A stretch of 62,748 nucleotides of DNA, filler included, from Nitrospirota bacterium (GCA_011620345.1; 3 parts of 3 records of this genome joined end to end with filler, not necessarily neighbours in it); one strand, 5' to 3'. Positions 39,241 through 48,512 are shown, counted from the first letter of the whole stretch. A program made the numbers and translations. The notes: generated by a model from the letters alone, not told the origin.

Positions 39241-40158
39241 TTAAAACGCTCTGTCTCTATCGATTTCGTCCAGCCTTTGGACGCTTAGGCGTTCCATGAG
39301 CCTTTCAAGGGGCCTTGCTTGGTTCATCGTGTACAGATGAACCCATGGGCTTTTTGAGGCAAGGATTCCCTCAACCTGTTGTGCGGCCCAGCTTACGCCC
39401 ACTTCCAGGCATTGCTCTGGCGTTACGGCCTTTTGGAAGGCGCTAGTGAGCGGGGCGGGAATCTTGGTACCCTTTGCGATCCCAGGAATGCCCAAGAGTT
39501 GCTTTTGGCTTGTCACGATTAAAATGCCCGCAATTACCGGCACCTGGATTCCAGCAGCCTCCAGCGCGTCCAAGAACTCGAAAAAGCAGCGGTTGTCGAA
39601 GAACAGTTGGGTGATGATGAACTCCGCACCCGCTTCAATTTTGGCCTTTAGGTGCCTTAGCTCTTCGCTTCGGCTTACGGATTCAGGGTGGCCTTCGGGG
39701 AAGCCCGCAACGCCGAGACAAAGGCCCGTAGCGCGCTCCTTGATGAACCGGACAAGCTCGATCGCATGACGAAAATCGCCTTCGATTGGGGCGTCTTGGG
39801 CGTTCTTTGGCGGGTCTCCGCGCACCGCCAGGATGTTTTCTATGCCATCCTCGAGGTAGCATTCGAGAATTTTGGCCACCTCTTTTTGAGAGCTGGAAAT
39901 CCCGGAGATGTGCGGGACGATGGGGGTACGGGTGATGCGCGTAAGCTCCCGAACGAGGGCAAGGGTCTGCTGCTTGCTAGAGCCGCCCGCCCCGTAGGTC
40001 ACGTTGATAAAGGCAGGCCTTTTTTGAAGAAGCTTTGGGAGCGCTTTCTCTAGCCGGACTTCGGCTTCCTTAGTCTTGGGCGGGAAGATCTCGAGGCTAA
40101 TGGAGGGCTTTCGGTTGGCAAGGAGTTCGCCTAAGCGCATGGTGCCGAGTGGTTCCAT
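39241..40158 (-). CDS. metF: 5,10-methylenetetrahydrofolate reductase
   Basis: SLEIFPPK, VTYGAGGS, RGDPP, FPEGHP, ITQLFF, YTMN. Confidence 0.93.
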   Translation of the reverse strand: MEPLGTMRLGELLANRKPSISLEIFPPKTKEAEVRLEKALPKLLQKRPAFINVTYGAGGSSKQQTLALVRELTRITRTPIVPHISGISSSQKEVAKILECYLEDGIENILAVRGDPPKNAQDAPIEGDFRHAIELVRFIKERATGLCLGVAGFPEGHPESVSRSEELRHLKAKIEAGAEFIITQLFFDNRCFFEFLDALEAAGIQVPVIAGILIVTSQKQLLGIPGIAKGTKIPAPLTSAFQKAVTPEQCLEVGVSWAAQQVEGILASKSPWVHLYTMNQARPLERLMERLSVQRLDEIDRDRAF

Positions 40159-40160
40159 TC

Positions 40161-41783
40161 TCAAAAGAGGCCTAGGGTGTTTCCTTGGCCGTCCACGTCG
40201 ATCCCAAGGGCTGCGGGGCGCCTAGGAAGGCCAGGCATGGTCTGGATGTTGCCGGCGAACGCCGTAATGAACCCGGCACCCGTGGCGATTCGAAAACCTT
40301 CGATAGGGACGATAAAGTCCTTTGGTACACCTTTTTTTTGGGGGTCGTGGCTAAGCGACATGGGAGTTTTGGCGATGTTCACGGGAAGACCGGTTAGGCC
40401 AAGCGCCTTGATTCGCTCGAGCTCTTTCACCGCCTTCGGCGAAAAGCGAACATCGTCCGCCCCGTAGAGCGTTGTGGCGATTCGATACAGCTTATCTTGC
40501 ATGGTGCATTCTTGCGTGTAGAGCGGACGAAACCCTTGCCCTTCCGTATGGGCCTCGAGCAGCAATTCGGCCAGGTCCATTACGCCTGCCGAGCCCATCG
40601 CATGGGCGTGTACTTGCCTTGTCCCAGACGCTCCATACCCCAGGGCAGCGTCCTCGATCTCCCGAAGGGCCCCTGGGGCGTCGCCTGCAAACACGTTCAA
40701 CGCGACAAGGCAAGGTAGCCCGAACGTTCGGACGTTCTCGATATGCTTTTGCAAGTGCGAAAGTCCAGCCTTTAGCCAGCCATTGCCGTGGGTTAAGAGC
40801 CCTTGGAGGGTGACGACGAGCACGACCAATTCCGGAGCCGTTCCCAAGGCTGGCACCTTGATGTGGGCTAATTTTTCGAGCCCGCAGTCTGTCCCGAACC
40901 CCGCCTCGGTCACGACGATGTCGCCTAAGGCGAGGGCCAGGGTATCCGCCACGACCGAACTCGCCCCATGGGCGATGTTCGCGAACGGGCCTGCATGAAC
41001 AAAGCACGGGGTGTGCTCGATCGTCTGGACAAGGTTTGGGAGGAGGGCATGCTTTAAGAGTGCTGCCATCGCGCCAGAAGCGCCCAATGCCTCGAGCGTC
41101 ACGAGCCCGCCTTGGGCATCGAACCCCACGCTTGCCCGGCCAAGCCGGAGCCTTAGATCGTCCAAGCCTTTCGCGAGAGCCAAAATGGCCATTGTCTCGG
41201 AGGCGGGCGTAATTTCGAAGCGTGTTTCCTCGAGTTCTCCGCCGATCCCCGCCACGATGTGACGAAGCTGCCGCTCGTTCAAATCCATCACTCTAGGCCA
41301 CCATACAGATCGGGGTTCGATCCCCAAGGCGTTTCCGTGGAAGCGGTGGGCGCCAAGGACGGCGGCGGCCAGGTTCTGGGCCTGGGTAACGGCGTGGAAA
41401 TCGCCCGTGAAGTGCAGGTTGATCTCTTCCATCGGCAGGATTTGGGCAAACCCGCCCCCGGTGGCGCCCCCCTTGATCCCGAAAACGGGCCCCATCGAGG
41501 GTTCCCGAAGGGTGAGAATCGCCCTCTTGCCAAGCCGCCAAAGTGCCATGGCAAGCCCGATCGCGACGGTCGTCTTTCCTTCGCCCCTGGAACTGGCCGG
41601 GTTGATCCCGCTGACGACGACGTAGCGGGCCCGCTTGGGTGTGCCAAGAGGTGCCTCAAGCTTTACCTTTGCGATATGCTCCCCATACATGAACAACCGC
41701 TCGGGCGAAAGGCCAAGCCCGCCTGCAACCTCGCGGATCGGCTTGAGGCGGACCTTGCTTGCAATCTCGAAATCTTTGGTCAT
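40161..41783 (-). CDS. fhs: Formate--tetrahydrofolate ligase
   Basis: GEGKTT, KGGATGGG, NLHFTGD, GPFANIAHG, TEAGFG, MPGLP. Confidence 0.95.
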   Translation of the reverse strand: MTKDFEIASKVRLKPIREVAGGLGLSPERLFMYGEHIAKVKLEAPLGTPKRARYVVVSGINPASSRGEGKTTVAIGLAMALWRLGKRAILTLREPSMGPVFGIKGGATGGGFAQILPMEEINLHFTGDFHAVTQAQNLAAAVLGAHRFHGNALGIEPRSVWWPRVMDLNERQLRHIVAGIGGELEETRFEITPASETMAILALAKGLDDLRLRLGRASVGFDAQGGLVTLEALGASGAMAALLKHALLPNLVQTIEHTPCFVHAGPFANIAHGASSVVADTLALALGDIVVTEAGFGTDCGLEKLAHIKVPALGTAPELVVLVVTLQGLLTHGNGWLKAGLSHLQKHIENVRTFGLPCLVALNVFAGDAPGALREIEDAALGYGASGTRQVHAHAMGSAGVMDLAELLLEAHTEGQGFRPLYTQECTMQDKLYRIATTLYGADDVRFSPKAVKELERIKALGLTGLPVNIAKTPMSLSHDPQKKGVPKDFIVPIEGFRIATGAGFITAFAGNIQTMPGLPRRPAALGIDVDGQGNTLGLF

Positions 41784-41910
41784 CCAAAACCGCCCTTTTC
41801 CTGTCTCGCTCCGCCGGTTTCGTGGAGCGCTTCGTACAAGATTCATCATTGTAACGTTTTTTGAGGACTGGGTGTAGTTATGAGAGCCCGTCTCTGCGAG
41901 CACTTTGGCT

Positions 41911-42010
41911 NNNNNNNNNNNNNNNNNNNNNNNNNNNNNNNNNNNNNNNNNNNNTTAATTAATTAANNNNNNNNNNNNNNNNNNNNNNNNNNNNNNNNNN
42001 NNNNNNNNNN
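41911..42010. other. Artificial contig linker
   Basis: 44 N + TTAATTAATTAA + 44 N, identical to 18337-18436. Confidence 0.95.
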
Positions 42011-42051
42011 TAAGCAGAGGGTCGCTGGTTCGAATCCAGCACGGCTCACCA
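42011..42051 (+). tRNA. 3' half of a tRNA, probably tRNA-Lys (truncated by contig start)
   Basis: T-arm GCTGG-TTCGAAT-CCAGC, acceptor strand ACGGCTC, discriminator A and CCA; anticodon ends in T. Confidence 0.85.
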
Positions 42052-42065
42052 TTCTCTTTTTTCAT

Positions 42066-43332
42066 CCTCCCCTAGCACTGGATACCCCGGCCTTTAGACC
42101 GGGGAGGAAAGCGCCTTTTAGGTTGTGATCCGTTTAGTCCTATGGTAACATATCCTATATGAGTACGAAAACGGTATCCCTCAAGTTGGTTACGTCTGCG
42201 GAGCAGGCTTCTGGGCTGTGCAGCATGGCCGAGGCCTACGCCAAGGCATGCGACATGATAGCAGCGTTCGCCAGGGAGCACCGCTGCTGGAACAGGGTAG
42301 CCCTTCACCACTTGGCTTACTACCCGGTCAGGGAAGCAATGCCTGCGCTGGGTTCGCAGATGGTGTGCCAGGCCGTGCACCGCGTGGCCGACACCTACAA
42401 AACACTCAAAGCGAACGGTAAGATCCGCAAAGACAGGCCGGTGCCATCCGTCGCTTTCCAGCCTACGTCCGTCAGCTACGACAAAAGGACATACTCGATA
42501 CAAGGCGACACGCTCTCGCTGTTCACGCCGTCCGGACGAGCCAGGATTCCGTTCGTCTGCGGCAAACATCAGCGCGACCTTATGGCTTCGGGCACCCCGA
42601 AGGAAGCTAGGCTTGTCGTCAGAAAGGGCGTCTGGTACTTCAACCTTGCTCTGGACATCCCAGACGTGGCCCCAGTCCAAGGCAGCGGGGTTATTGGCGT
42701 GGACGTCGGGGAAAACAACCTCGCCGCCACCAGCACTGGCAAGGTATGGGGCGGGGGGAAGCTCAGACACGACCGAGACAAACATCTTGCCCAACGCAGC
42801 AGTCTCCAATCCAACGGTAGCCGCGCAGCTAAGCGTAAACTCAAGGCTATCTCCGGGCGCGAGGAACGGCACGTAAAGCACATCAACCACGAAACCAGCA
42901 AAGCCATAGTAACCGAAGCCCTGCGCGCAGGCACCAGCGAGATCCGTATGGAAGACTTGACCCACATCCGGGCCAGCATAAAGGCCGGGAAGCGTATTCG
43001 GGCCAGGCTGCACCGCTGGGCCTTCCGACAGCTGCAGGACTTCGTCTACTACAAGGCCAAGGCCGCTGGCCTTCGTGCAACCTACACCGACCCCGCCCAC
43101 ACAAGCCAGACGTGCAGCGTTTGCGGGGCCATCGGAAAGCGGGAGAGGCATCTGTTCTCCTGCGCGTGCGGAACACGGCTGCACGCGGACGTGAACGCGT
43201 CCAAGAACATTGCCGGGTTTGCCATGCCTATCGGCTTGGCGAGGGGCGTCCGTAACTCGTCCTGCATATTCGCGCATCAGGCCAGTCCTCCTGCAGCGAA
43301 AAGCCCCTCCCTTTAGGGATGGGCGTAGTTAC
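42066..43332 (+). mobile_element. Non-autonomous IS200/IS605-family element (IS1341-like, tnpB only)
   Basis: Left hairpin CCCCGG-CCTTTAGA-CCGGGG; right hairpin GCCCC-TCCCTTTAGGGA-TGGGGC; cleavage sites TCAT and TTAC fit guide tetramers GATA and AAAG. Confidence 0.88.
42159..43316 (+). CDS. tnpB: RNA-guided endonuclease TnpB
   Basis: RuvC-I GVDVG, RuvC-II MEDL, RuvC-III HADVNA; zinc ribbon TSQTCSVCG...CACG. Confidence 0.94.
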   Translation: MSTKTVSLKLVTSAEQASGLCSMAEAYAKACDMIAAFAREHRCWNRVALHHLAYYPVREAMPALGSQMVCQAVHRVADTYKTLKANGKIRKDRPVPSVAFQPTSVSYDKRTYSIQGDTLSLFTPSGRARIPFVCGKHQRDLMASGTPKEARLVVRKGVWYFNLALDIPDVAPVQGSGVIGVDVGENNLAATSTGKVWGGGKLRHDRDKHLAQRSSLQSNGSRAAKRKLKAISGREERHVKHINHETSKAIVTEALRAGTSEIRMEDLTHIRASIKAGKRIRARLHRWAFRQLQDFVYYKAKAAGLRATYTDPAHTSQTCSVCGAIGKRERHLFSCACGTRLHADVNASKNIAGFAMPIGLARGVRNSSCIFAHQASPPAAKSPSL

Positions 43333-43503
43333 TTCAACTCCTGTCTGCCTAGAATCTCCAAAAGCCTATCCATAGGCGTAAACCCTCGTTACGAAAGGCC
43401 GTTGATCGAGGCGGCTTAGAAAATACCTCGAGGGTATTTCCTAGTTCTCTAGGAATTCTTTCTTCGTTATAGAAGGCGTTTGCTTGAAAAGAGCGGGCCT
43501 ATG

Positions 43504-43528
43504 GTTTAAGCTAAAAAAGTCAGGCTAT
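43504..43528 (+). promoter_or_regulatory. Possible SigB/SigF-type promoter
   Basis: GTTTAA-13nt-GGCTAT versus consensus GTTTAA-N12-14-GGGWAW. Confidence 0.4.
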
Positions 43529-43563
43529 ACACACAACCATATTATGAAATAGGAGATTCCACG

Positions 43564-44412
43564 ATGTCGCAGGAGGCCGGAGTGTGCAGTCGCCCTAGGG
43601 AAGAAAGGCTGAAAGGCTGCCCTGAGGCCGGTCAAAACCAATTTTTTGCCCTCAACGAAGCGCTGGACCAAGCCGAAGTGCGTCGGATTGCCAACGGCGT
43701 GACCGACTTCCTGAAATCCGGGGGGTTTTCCAACACGTTCGAAGATCAAGCGTTTGAGGCCAAGTTCCGTAACGGGATGGAGCGCTGGCTCGAAAGCCTG
43801 CTGGATGACGATCTTCCGGAAGAATCCTACGCCCAAGACCGGATCAGGATCGGGCGCTCCTACGTCAAGAGGGGGCTCGCCATGACCATCATCCTCAAAT
43901 CCTACTCCTATATCCGAAACGAGCTGATGCGCCTCCTTGAAGGTTCCCCCGTTTCAATGTTTACCGCCCTCAGTCAAAGGCTCGATGACGACCTAAGCTT
44001 GGTTCTCATGGCCTACGAAAAAGAACAGGTTCGTCTTGCCGAGGAGAGCCTTTCCAGCTACCGGACGATCCAGGAGCTCTCGAGCCCGATCATTGAAGTC
44101 TCAAGGCAAACGCTGCTCGTTCCGATCGTCGGCGAGATGGACGAGCAGCGCACGGACATCCTAGAGGATAAGCTACTTCAAGAGGTCGCCTCCAAAAAGG
44201 CCAAGCAAGTGCTGATGGAGTTCAGCGGCTGCGAAATTAGGGATACCCACCTGACCAAGCGTCTTTTCGAAGTATGCAGGGCCGTAGAGCTGCTTGGGGC
44301 ACGCGTCGTGTTCGTCGGCATTCGCCCCTCTTTGGCGCGTACGCTCGTTTCTATCGGGGCTGACTTCGCCGGCTTTCGTGTCGTAAGGTCGCTAGCCGAC
44401 ACCCGGGCTTAA
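43564..44412 (+). CDS. RsbR-like protein: globin-like sensor domain plus STAS domain
   Basis: IQELSSPII, LVPIVG, GARVVFVGIRPSLA; N-terminal RIRIG and helical globin pattern. Confidence 0.85.
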   Translation: MSQEAGVCSRPREERLKGCPEAGQNQFFALNEALDQAEVRRIANGVTDFLKSGGFSNTFEDQAFEAKFRNGMERWLESLLDDDLPEESYAQDRIRIGRSYVKRGLAMTIILKSYSYIRNELMRLLEGSPVSMFTALSQRLDDDLSLVLMAYEKEQVRLAEESLSSYRTIQELSSPIIEVSRQTLLVPIVGEMDEQRTDILEDKLLQEVASKKAKQVLMEFSGCEIRDTHLTKRLFEVCRAVELLGARVVFVGIRPSLARTLVSIGADFAGFRVVRSLADTRA

Positions 44413-44700
44413 GAAGGCCCAGAGTCCCAGTCCTCACGGAGCCGATGCCTTAGGAGCTTGCCAGAGGGGTTCCTGGGCAGGCTGCCAACGAACCGCACGT
44501 GGGCCGGCACGGGGAACCAATATCGCCCGTATGCAACCACCCCCTCGAAGGGCCTCTGCCGTTTCCTTTGGCCTGCCAAAGTAGTCCGCCATGACGACCG
44601 GACTACGCACGAGAATATCCCCAGCTTGTTCCGGCCCAAGGACGCGGCCGCACGTATCCACGATGGATACCTCCGTAGAAAAGAGCGGCTTTCCAGCCGT
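44409..44700 (-). pseudogene. Remnant of an AMP-forming acyl-CoA ligase (MenE/FadD-like)
   Basis: AGKPLFSTEV..GDILVRSPVVMADYF, WLHTGDIG and LPRNPSGKLLR lie in different frames, with the intervening segment deleted. Confidence 0.8.
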
Positions 44701-44875
44701 AAGGTTCAGCGTAAGCCAAGAGAGGTTTCTTTTCGAGACGATAAGGATCTTTGAAAGCCCGAGCCGCCTTGAGCGCCCGTGCGTTCAAGGTTGTACGCTC
44801 GAGGGATCTTCGCTAAACTAAAAAAACTGCTTTCTTTGGCCTTTTCGTCTTGTATGACCTTGGAAGGAGGCCGGA

Positions 44876-45616
44876 ATGGTTTCGTTTTCACTCGTAAACC
44901 TGCTCGTTGCGTTCGGGGCCGGGGTGCTCTCGTTCCTATCGCCCTGCGTCCTGCCGCTCGTTCCAGCGCACCTTTCGTTTGTCGGCGGGTTTGCGGGTAA
45001 GGACCTCGAACAGGCCTACGGGGCCGACCCGAAGGCATTCAGGGGGCGCATCTTTGTTCGCTCCCTTATGTTCGTTTTGGGGTTTACGCTCGTGTTCCTC
45101 CTTTTGGGGCTCGTCGTCGTCGGGCTCTTGGGGCCGATCGGCCGCTATAAGGGCTGGTTCGAGCGTGCGGCCGGCGTGCTGATTTTGATCCTTGGCACGC
45201 ATCTTTTAGGGCTCATCCGGCTCCCGTTTCTTTCGCGCGACGTCCGCTACCATGGGGCCATCCAGGGCTCGGGCTCACTCGTTGCGTTCCTTACGGGCGC
45301 GGCGTTCGGGTTTGGCTGGACGCCGTGCGTAGGGCCTATTTTGGCGGGCATTCTCGCGCTCGCAACGTTCCAGCATACGTTCTGGCAAGGGTTTTCCCTT
45401 TTGATCGCCTACAGCTTAGGGCTCGCGCTTCCGTTCTTCTTGGCCGGCGTGTTCGTCCCGCAGTTCTTTTCCTTATTTAAGGGGCTTCGCTCGAAAACGC
45501 TCGTGTTCGAGAAGGTGTCGGGCGTGCTGCTTATCGGTCTTGGCATCGTGCTCGTTCTTGGCAAGATGGGAACAATCTCGAGCTATCTGGTCGAAATCGG
45601 CCTTCCCACAATCTAG
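44876..45616 (+). CDS. ccdA: Cytochrome c biogenesis protein CcdA
   Basis: SFLSPCVLPLVP and GWTPCVGPIL. Confidence 0.94.
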   Translation: MVSFSLVNLLVAFGAGVLSFLSPCVLPLVPAHLSFVGGFAGKDLEQAYGADPKAFRGRIFVRSLMFVLGFTLVFLLLGLVVVGLLGPIGRYKGWFERAAGVLILILGTHLLGLIRLPFLSRDVRYHGAIQGSGSLVAFLTGAAFGFGWTPCVGPILAGILALATFQHTFWQGFSLLIAYSLGLALPFFLAGVFVPQFFSLFKGLRSKTLVFEKVSGVLLIGLGIVLVLGKMGTISSYLVEIGLPTI

Positions 45617-46275
45617 CCTGCCAGGCCAGGCCACCAAAACCCTTCGGGCGGAAGGCCCTTAAGCGCGTCCCCGCCCTTCAAGGTAACCCGCCTCCCTTCG
45701 AGCTCGAGCAGGCCTTTGGCGAACCAATCGAGCGCGAGCGGATAGATCTCATGTTCTTTTTGGAGAATCCTGCTGGAAAGCGCCTCTTCCGTGTCATCCT
45801 CGAGCACGGGGACAGCGGCCTGGATGATCGTTGGGCCGGAATCCACCCCCTCGTCCACGAAATGCACCGTACAGCCCGATACCTTAACGCCGTATGCAAG
45901 CGCCTGCGCTTGTGGCTTCAGCCCAGGAAATGCGGGCAAAAGGCTCGGATGGATGTTGAGGATCCGGTTCGGGCAGGCATTGAGAAGCGTAGGGCCCACG
46001 ATTTGCATGAACCCCGCCAAGCATACCCCATCGATCCGCCAGGCTCTAAGAAGCTCTACCATACGGTGTTCTTGTTCGGCTTTGGAGGGGAAATCCGCCC
46101 GGGCAACGACTTCCGTGGCGACCCCTAAGTTTTTGGCCTTTTCAAGCCCCGGTGCGCTCTTGTCGTTCGAGACGACGAGCGCTACCTTGGCCTCGGCCCG
46201 CCCTTCTTTGCAGGCCTGCACGAGCGCGACCATGTTGCTTCCGCGCCCAGACAGGAACACGGCAACCCGCTTCAT
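45613..46275 (-). CDS. purN: Phosphoribosylglycinamide formyltransferase
   Basis: SGRGSN, LAGFM, NIHPSLLP, GCTVHFV. Confidence 0.96.
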   Translation of the reverse strand: MKRVAVFLSGRGSNMVALVQACKEGRAEAKVALVVSNDKSAPGLEKAKNLGVATEVVARADFPSKAEQEHRMVELLRAWRIDGVCLAGFMQIVGPTLLNACPNRILNIHPSLLPAFPGLKPQAQALAYGVKVSGCTVHFVDEGVDSGPTIIQAAVPVLEDDTEEALSSRILQKEHEIYPLALDWFAKGLLELEGRRVTLKGGDALKGLPPEGFWWPGLAG

Positions 46276-47309
46276 GCAAGCTTGCCCTCGTAGCGAATAT
46301 GGGGCCCTTGGGGGTAGCGCTCCGCCAGCCGTCCGATCACGCTTGGCGTTTCACCGGCCTGGCCAAGCAGCGCCATCGCCTCTTCAAGCCTTGAAGGGCT
46401 TACGGCTACGACGAACCCCACTCCCATGTTGAACGTCCCAAAGGCGTCTTCTTCTTGGATCTGGCCTTTTTCCATCAGCCAGCGAAACAACGGTGGAACG
46501 GAAAGCGAGCCCAGCTCCACCACGGCCTGTACGTTGTTGGCCAGCATCCTTGGGACGTTTTCCGTGATTCCCCCACCCGTGATATGCGCCATCCCCTTGG
46601 GAATCCCCGCCGAAACAAGCCTTTGGACTGCATCCACGTAGATCTTTGTCGGCGCAAGGAGAACCTCTGCAAGAGGCTTGTTTTCAAGCTCGGGGAGTCT
46701 ATCCCTTATGCCATAGTGGTTTTGCTCGAAAAGAACCCTCCTTACGAGCGTGAAGGCGTTGCTGTGAAGCCCGCTGGATGCAAGCCCCACGAGCACATCG
46801 CCCGGCGCGGGGTTGTCCGTCGTGATGAGTGCGCGCTTGGGAACGCTACCTATCCCAAACCCCGCAAACTCGAACAGGCCATCTTGATACATTCCCGGCA
46901 TCTGGGCGGTCTCTCCGCCCACAAGGTCCATCCGTGCGGCTTCCAAGCCCTGGGCCAGCCCCTTTGTCAGCTCATCTAGGGTGTTTTCCTCGAGCGAAGA
47001 GAACGCAAGGTAGTCGAGGAAAAAAAGAGGCTTGGCCCCCGTCGTGATCAGGTCGTTGACGACCATCGCGACAAGGTCGACCCCTAAGCCCTGGTAAGCG
47101 CCGGCCATCCTGGCAACGAGGATCTTTGTGCCGATGCCGTCGCTCGAGGCAACGAGGAATGCCCCCTCTTCCATCCCGAGCACCGCCGCAAACCCTCCCA
47201 TTCCGTGGCGAACCTTGTCCGCATGCAATATCTTCGTGCGAAACCGGAGCTTTTCGATGAACCTCTTGGCAACGTTACGGTCAACTCCCGCGGCCCGGTA
47301 AGCGTTCAT
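46272..47309 (-). CDS. purM: Phosphoribosylformylglycinamidine cyclo-ligase
   Basis: YRAAGVD, DGIGTK, GGETA, SSGLHSN, HITGGG, TFNMG. Confidence 0.96.
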   Translation of the reverse strand: MNAYRAAGVDRNVAKRFIEKLRFRTKILHADKVRHGMGGFAAVLGMEEGAFLVASSDGIGTKILVARMAGAYQGLGVDLVAMVVNDLITTGAKPLFFLDYLAFSSLEENTLDELTKGLAQGLEAARMDLVGGETAQMPGMYQDGLFEFAGFGIGSVPKRALITTDNPAPGDVLVGLASSGLHSNAFTLVRRVLFEQNHYGIRDRLPELENKPLAEVLLAPTKIYVDAVQRLVSAGIPKGMAHITGGGITENVPRMLANNVQAVVELGSLSVPPLFRWLMEKGQIQEEDAFGTFNMGVGFVVAVSPSRLEEAMALLGQAGETPSVIGRLAERYPQGPHIRYEGKLA

Positions 47310-47450
47310 GGCTCTCCTTTGCTGCATACGCTGTTCATCCTCCTTTCTATATATACCATCCCTGAACCCGGATGTCCTAACGGGCTGCCTTTTGAACAGG
47401 TTTTGTGGTATAATTTTTTTCTAGAAAAACACACGCTTCGGGGAGGGTGA

Positions 47451-47813
47451 ATGGTGCTAAACCCCTACGTGTTTCCCGTTCAGGTAGGCATGCCTAAGGA
47501 AATGGCGGGGCTTTTGCAAGCGCTTGGAACGACGGCCCTGAGTGGCGTTTCCCCTTTTAGCGCAATATCGCCCATAGGCGCATACACAACCCGCGTCGTC
47601 GACCGTGTAACGCTTTCCGAGGGTATACAGCAAGGGCGGTTCCGGCGTTTCGCCAACCCGGAACTCGGGCTTGAACGTGCCTACCGAGAGGCCTGGACAG
47701 GCCTTTCTTCTACCGAACCCGGCCCCGAAGGGACGTTCGTCGCCTACGGAGCAGACCGGCTCGTACGAACCTTTGGCGGCTCTGGCAGGCCAAGAATAGA
47801 CGTAGTTGTGTGA
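47451..47813 (+). CDS. Hypothetical protein
   Basis: GGAGG RBS, extended -10 TGgTATAAT at 47406-47414; overlaps the marR start. Confidence 0.6.
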   Translation: MVLNPYVFPVQVGMPKEMAGLLQALGTTALSGVSPFSAISPIGAYTTRVVDRVTLSEGIQQGRFRRFANPELGLERAYREAWTGLSSTEPGPEGTFVAYGADRLVRTFGGSGRPRIDVVV

Positions 47814-48328
47814 CCGAGATGAGCCCCCCCCTCAAGGCGGCTCCTTCGCCAAAAAAGGCGAGCCCGGCCTCGTTCAACCAAAGAAAGAGCGCCCGGGACG
47901 AGCTTGTGTATTTTCGGATGGTCAGAGTCCTGCACGGGATCTACAACCGCCTTCAGCGCGTGCTCGTCCAGGCCGGCGTAACGGCCCCCCAGTTCGAAGT
48001 TATCTCGCTGCTCGTGCGGATGAACGACGCCAAGCTCAAAGAAATAGGCAAAAGGCTGCTGATCACCGGAGGAAACGTTACGGGCATCATGGACAGGCTA
48101 GAAAAAATTGGCCTTGTCCTTCGAGTGCGCGATACGGACGACAGGCGGATCATCAAGGCCAAGCTTACCCAAAAGGGGCTAGAAACCTTCTACAACGCGG
48201 ATGCTCTCTATAAAATGGAGCTCAAGGAGGTTTTTGGGGCCTTGAACAAGCAAGAAAAACGAATCTTGGCCGGCCTCCTTCGGAGGACTGAGCTTCGGGC
48301 GAGGCGCAGGGCTGCGTCCTCCCTTTGA
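47810..48328 (+). CDS. MarR-family transcriptional regulator
   Basis: TAPQFEVI, NVTGIMDRLE, DRR, LTQKG. Confidence 0.92.
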   Translation: MTEMSPPLKAAPSPKKASPASFNQRKSARDELVYFRMVRVLHGIYNRLQRVLVQAGVTAPQFEVISLLVRMNDAKLKEIGKRLLITGGNVTGIMDRLEKIGLVLRVRDTDDRRIIKAKLTQKGLETFYNADALYKMELKEVFGALNKQEKRILAGLLRRTELRARRRAASSL

Positions 48329-48512
48329 TCCCCTAAAAAGTCGGTTTTTTCATCCTTCGCTCCCTTCCGTGCCAAACGATCTCAAGCTTCCGCTTGCAAA
48401 AACCTTTCTAGCGCGAAAATGCGAGGGGATTCACCCTTTTAGGCCATCCTGCGATGAGTTTTGCTATAATCAAGCCTAGGTGTTCGAAAATACCAAGGCG
48501 GCTTCAGGGGCG

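Noticed and set aside
39241-41783. fhs-metF as evidence of a Wood-Ljungdahl pathway
   Set aside because: No acs/cooS or corrinoid genes in the window; ordinary one-carbon and methionine metabolism explains the pair
41784-41910. ZTP or THF riboswitch upstream of fhs
   Set aside because: No consensus motif recognised, and the region is cut by the contig end
42072-43277. 401-aa minus-strand ORF within the IS as a possible tnpA
   Set aside because: Antisense shadow of tnpB; no HUH/Y1 or serine-recombinase motifs
42159-43316. TnpB as a Cas12f or nuclease-dead TldR
   Set aside because: No adjacent array, clear IS ends, and all three RuvC catalytic residues are present
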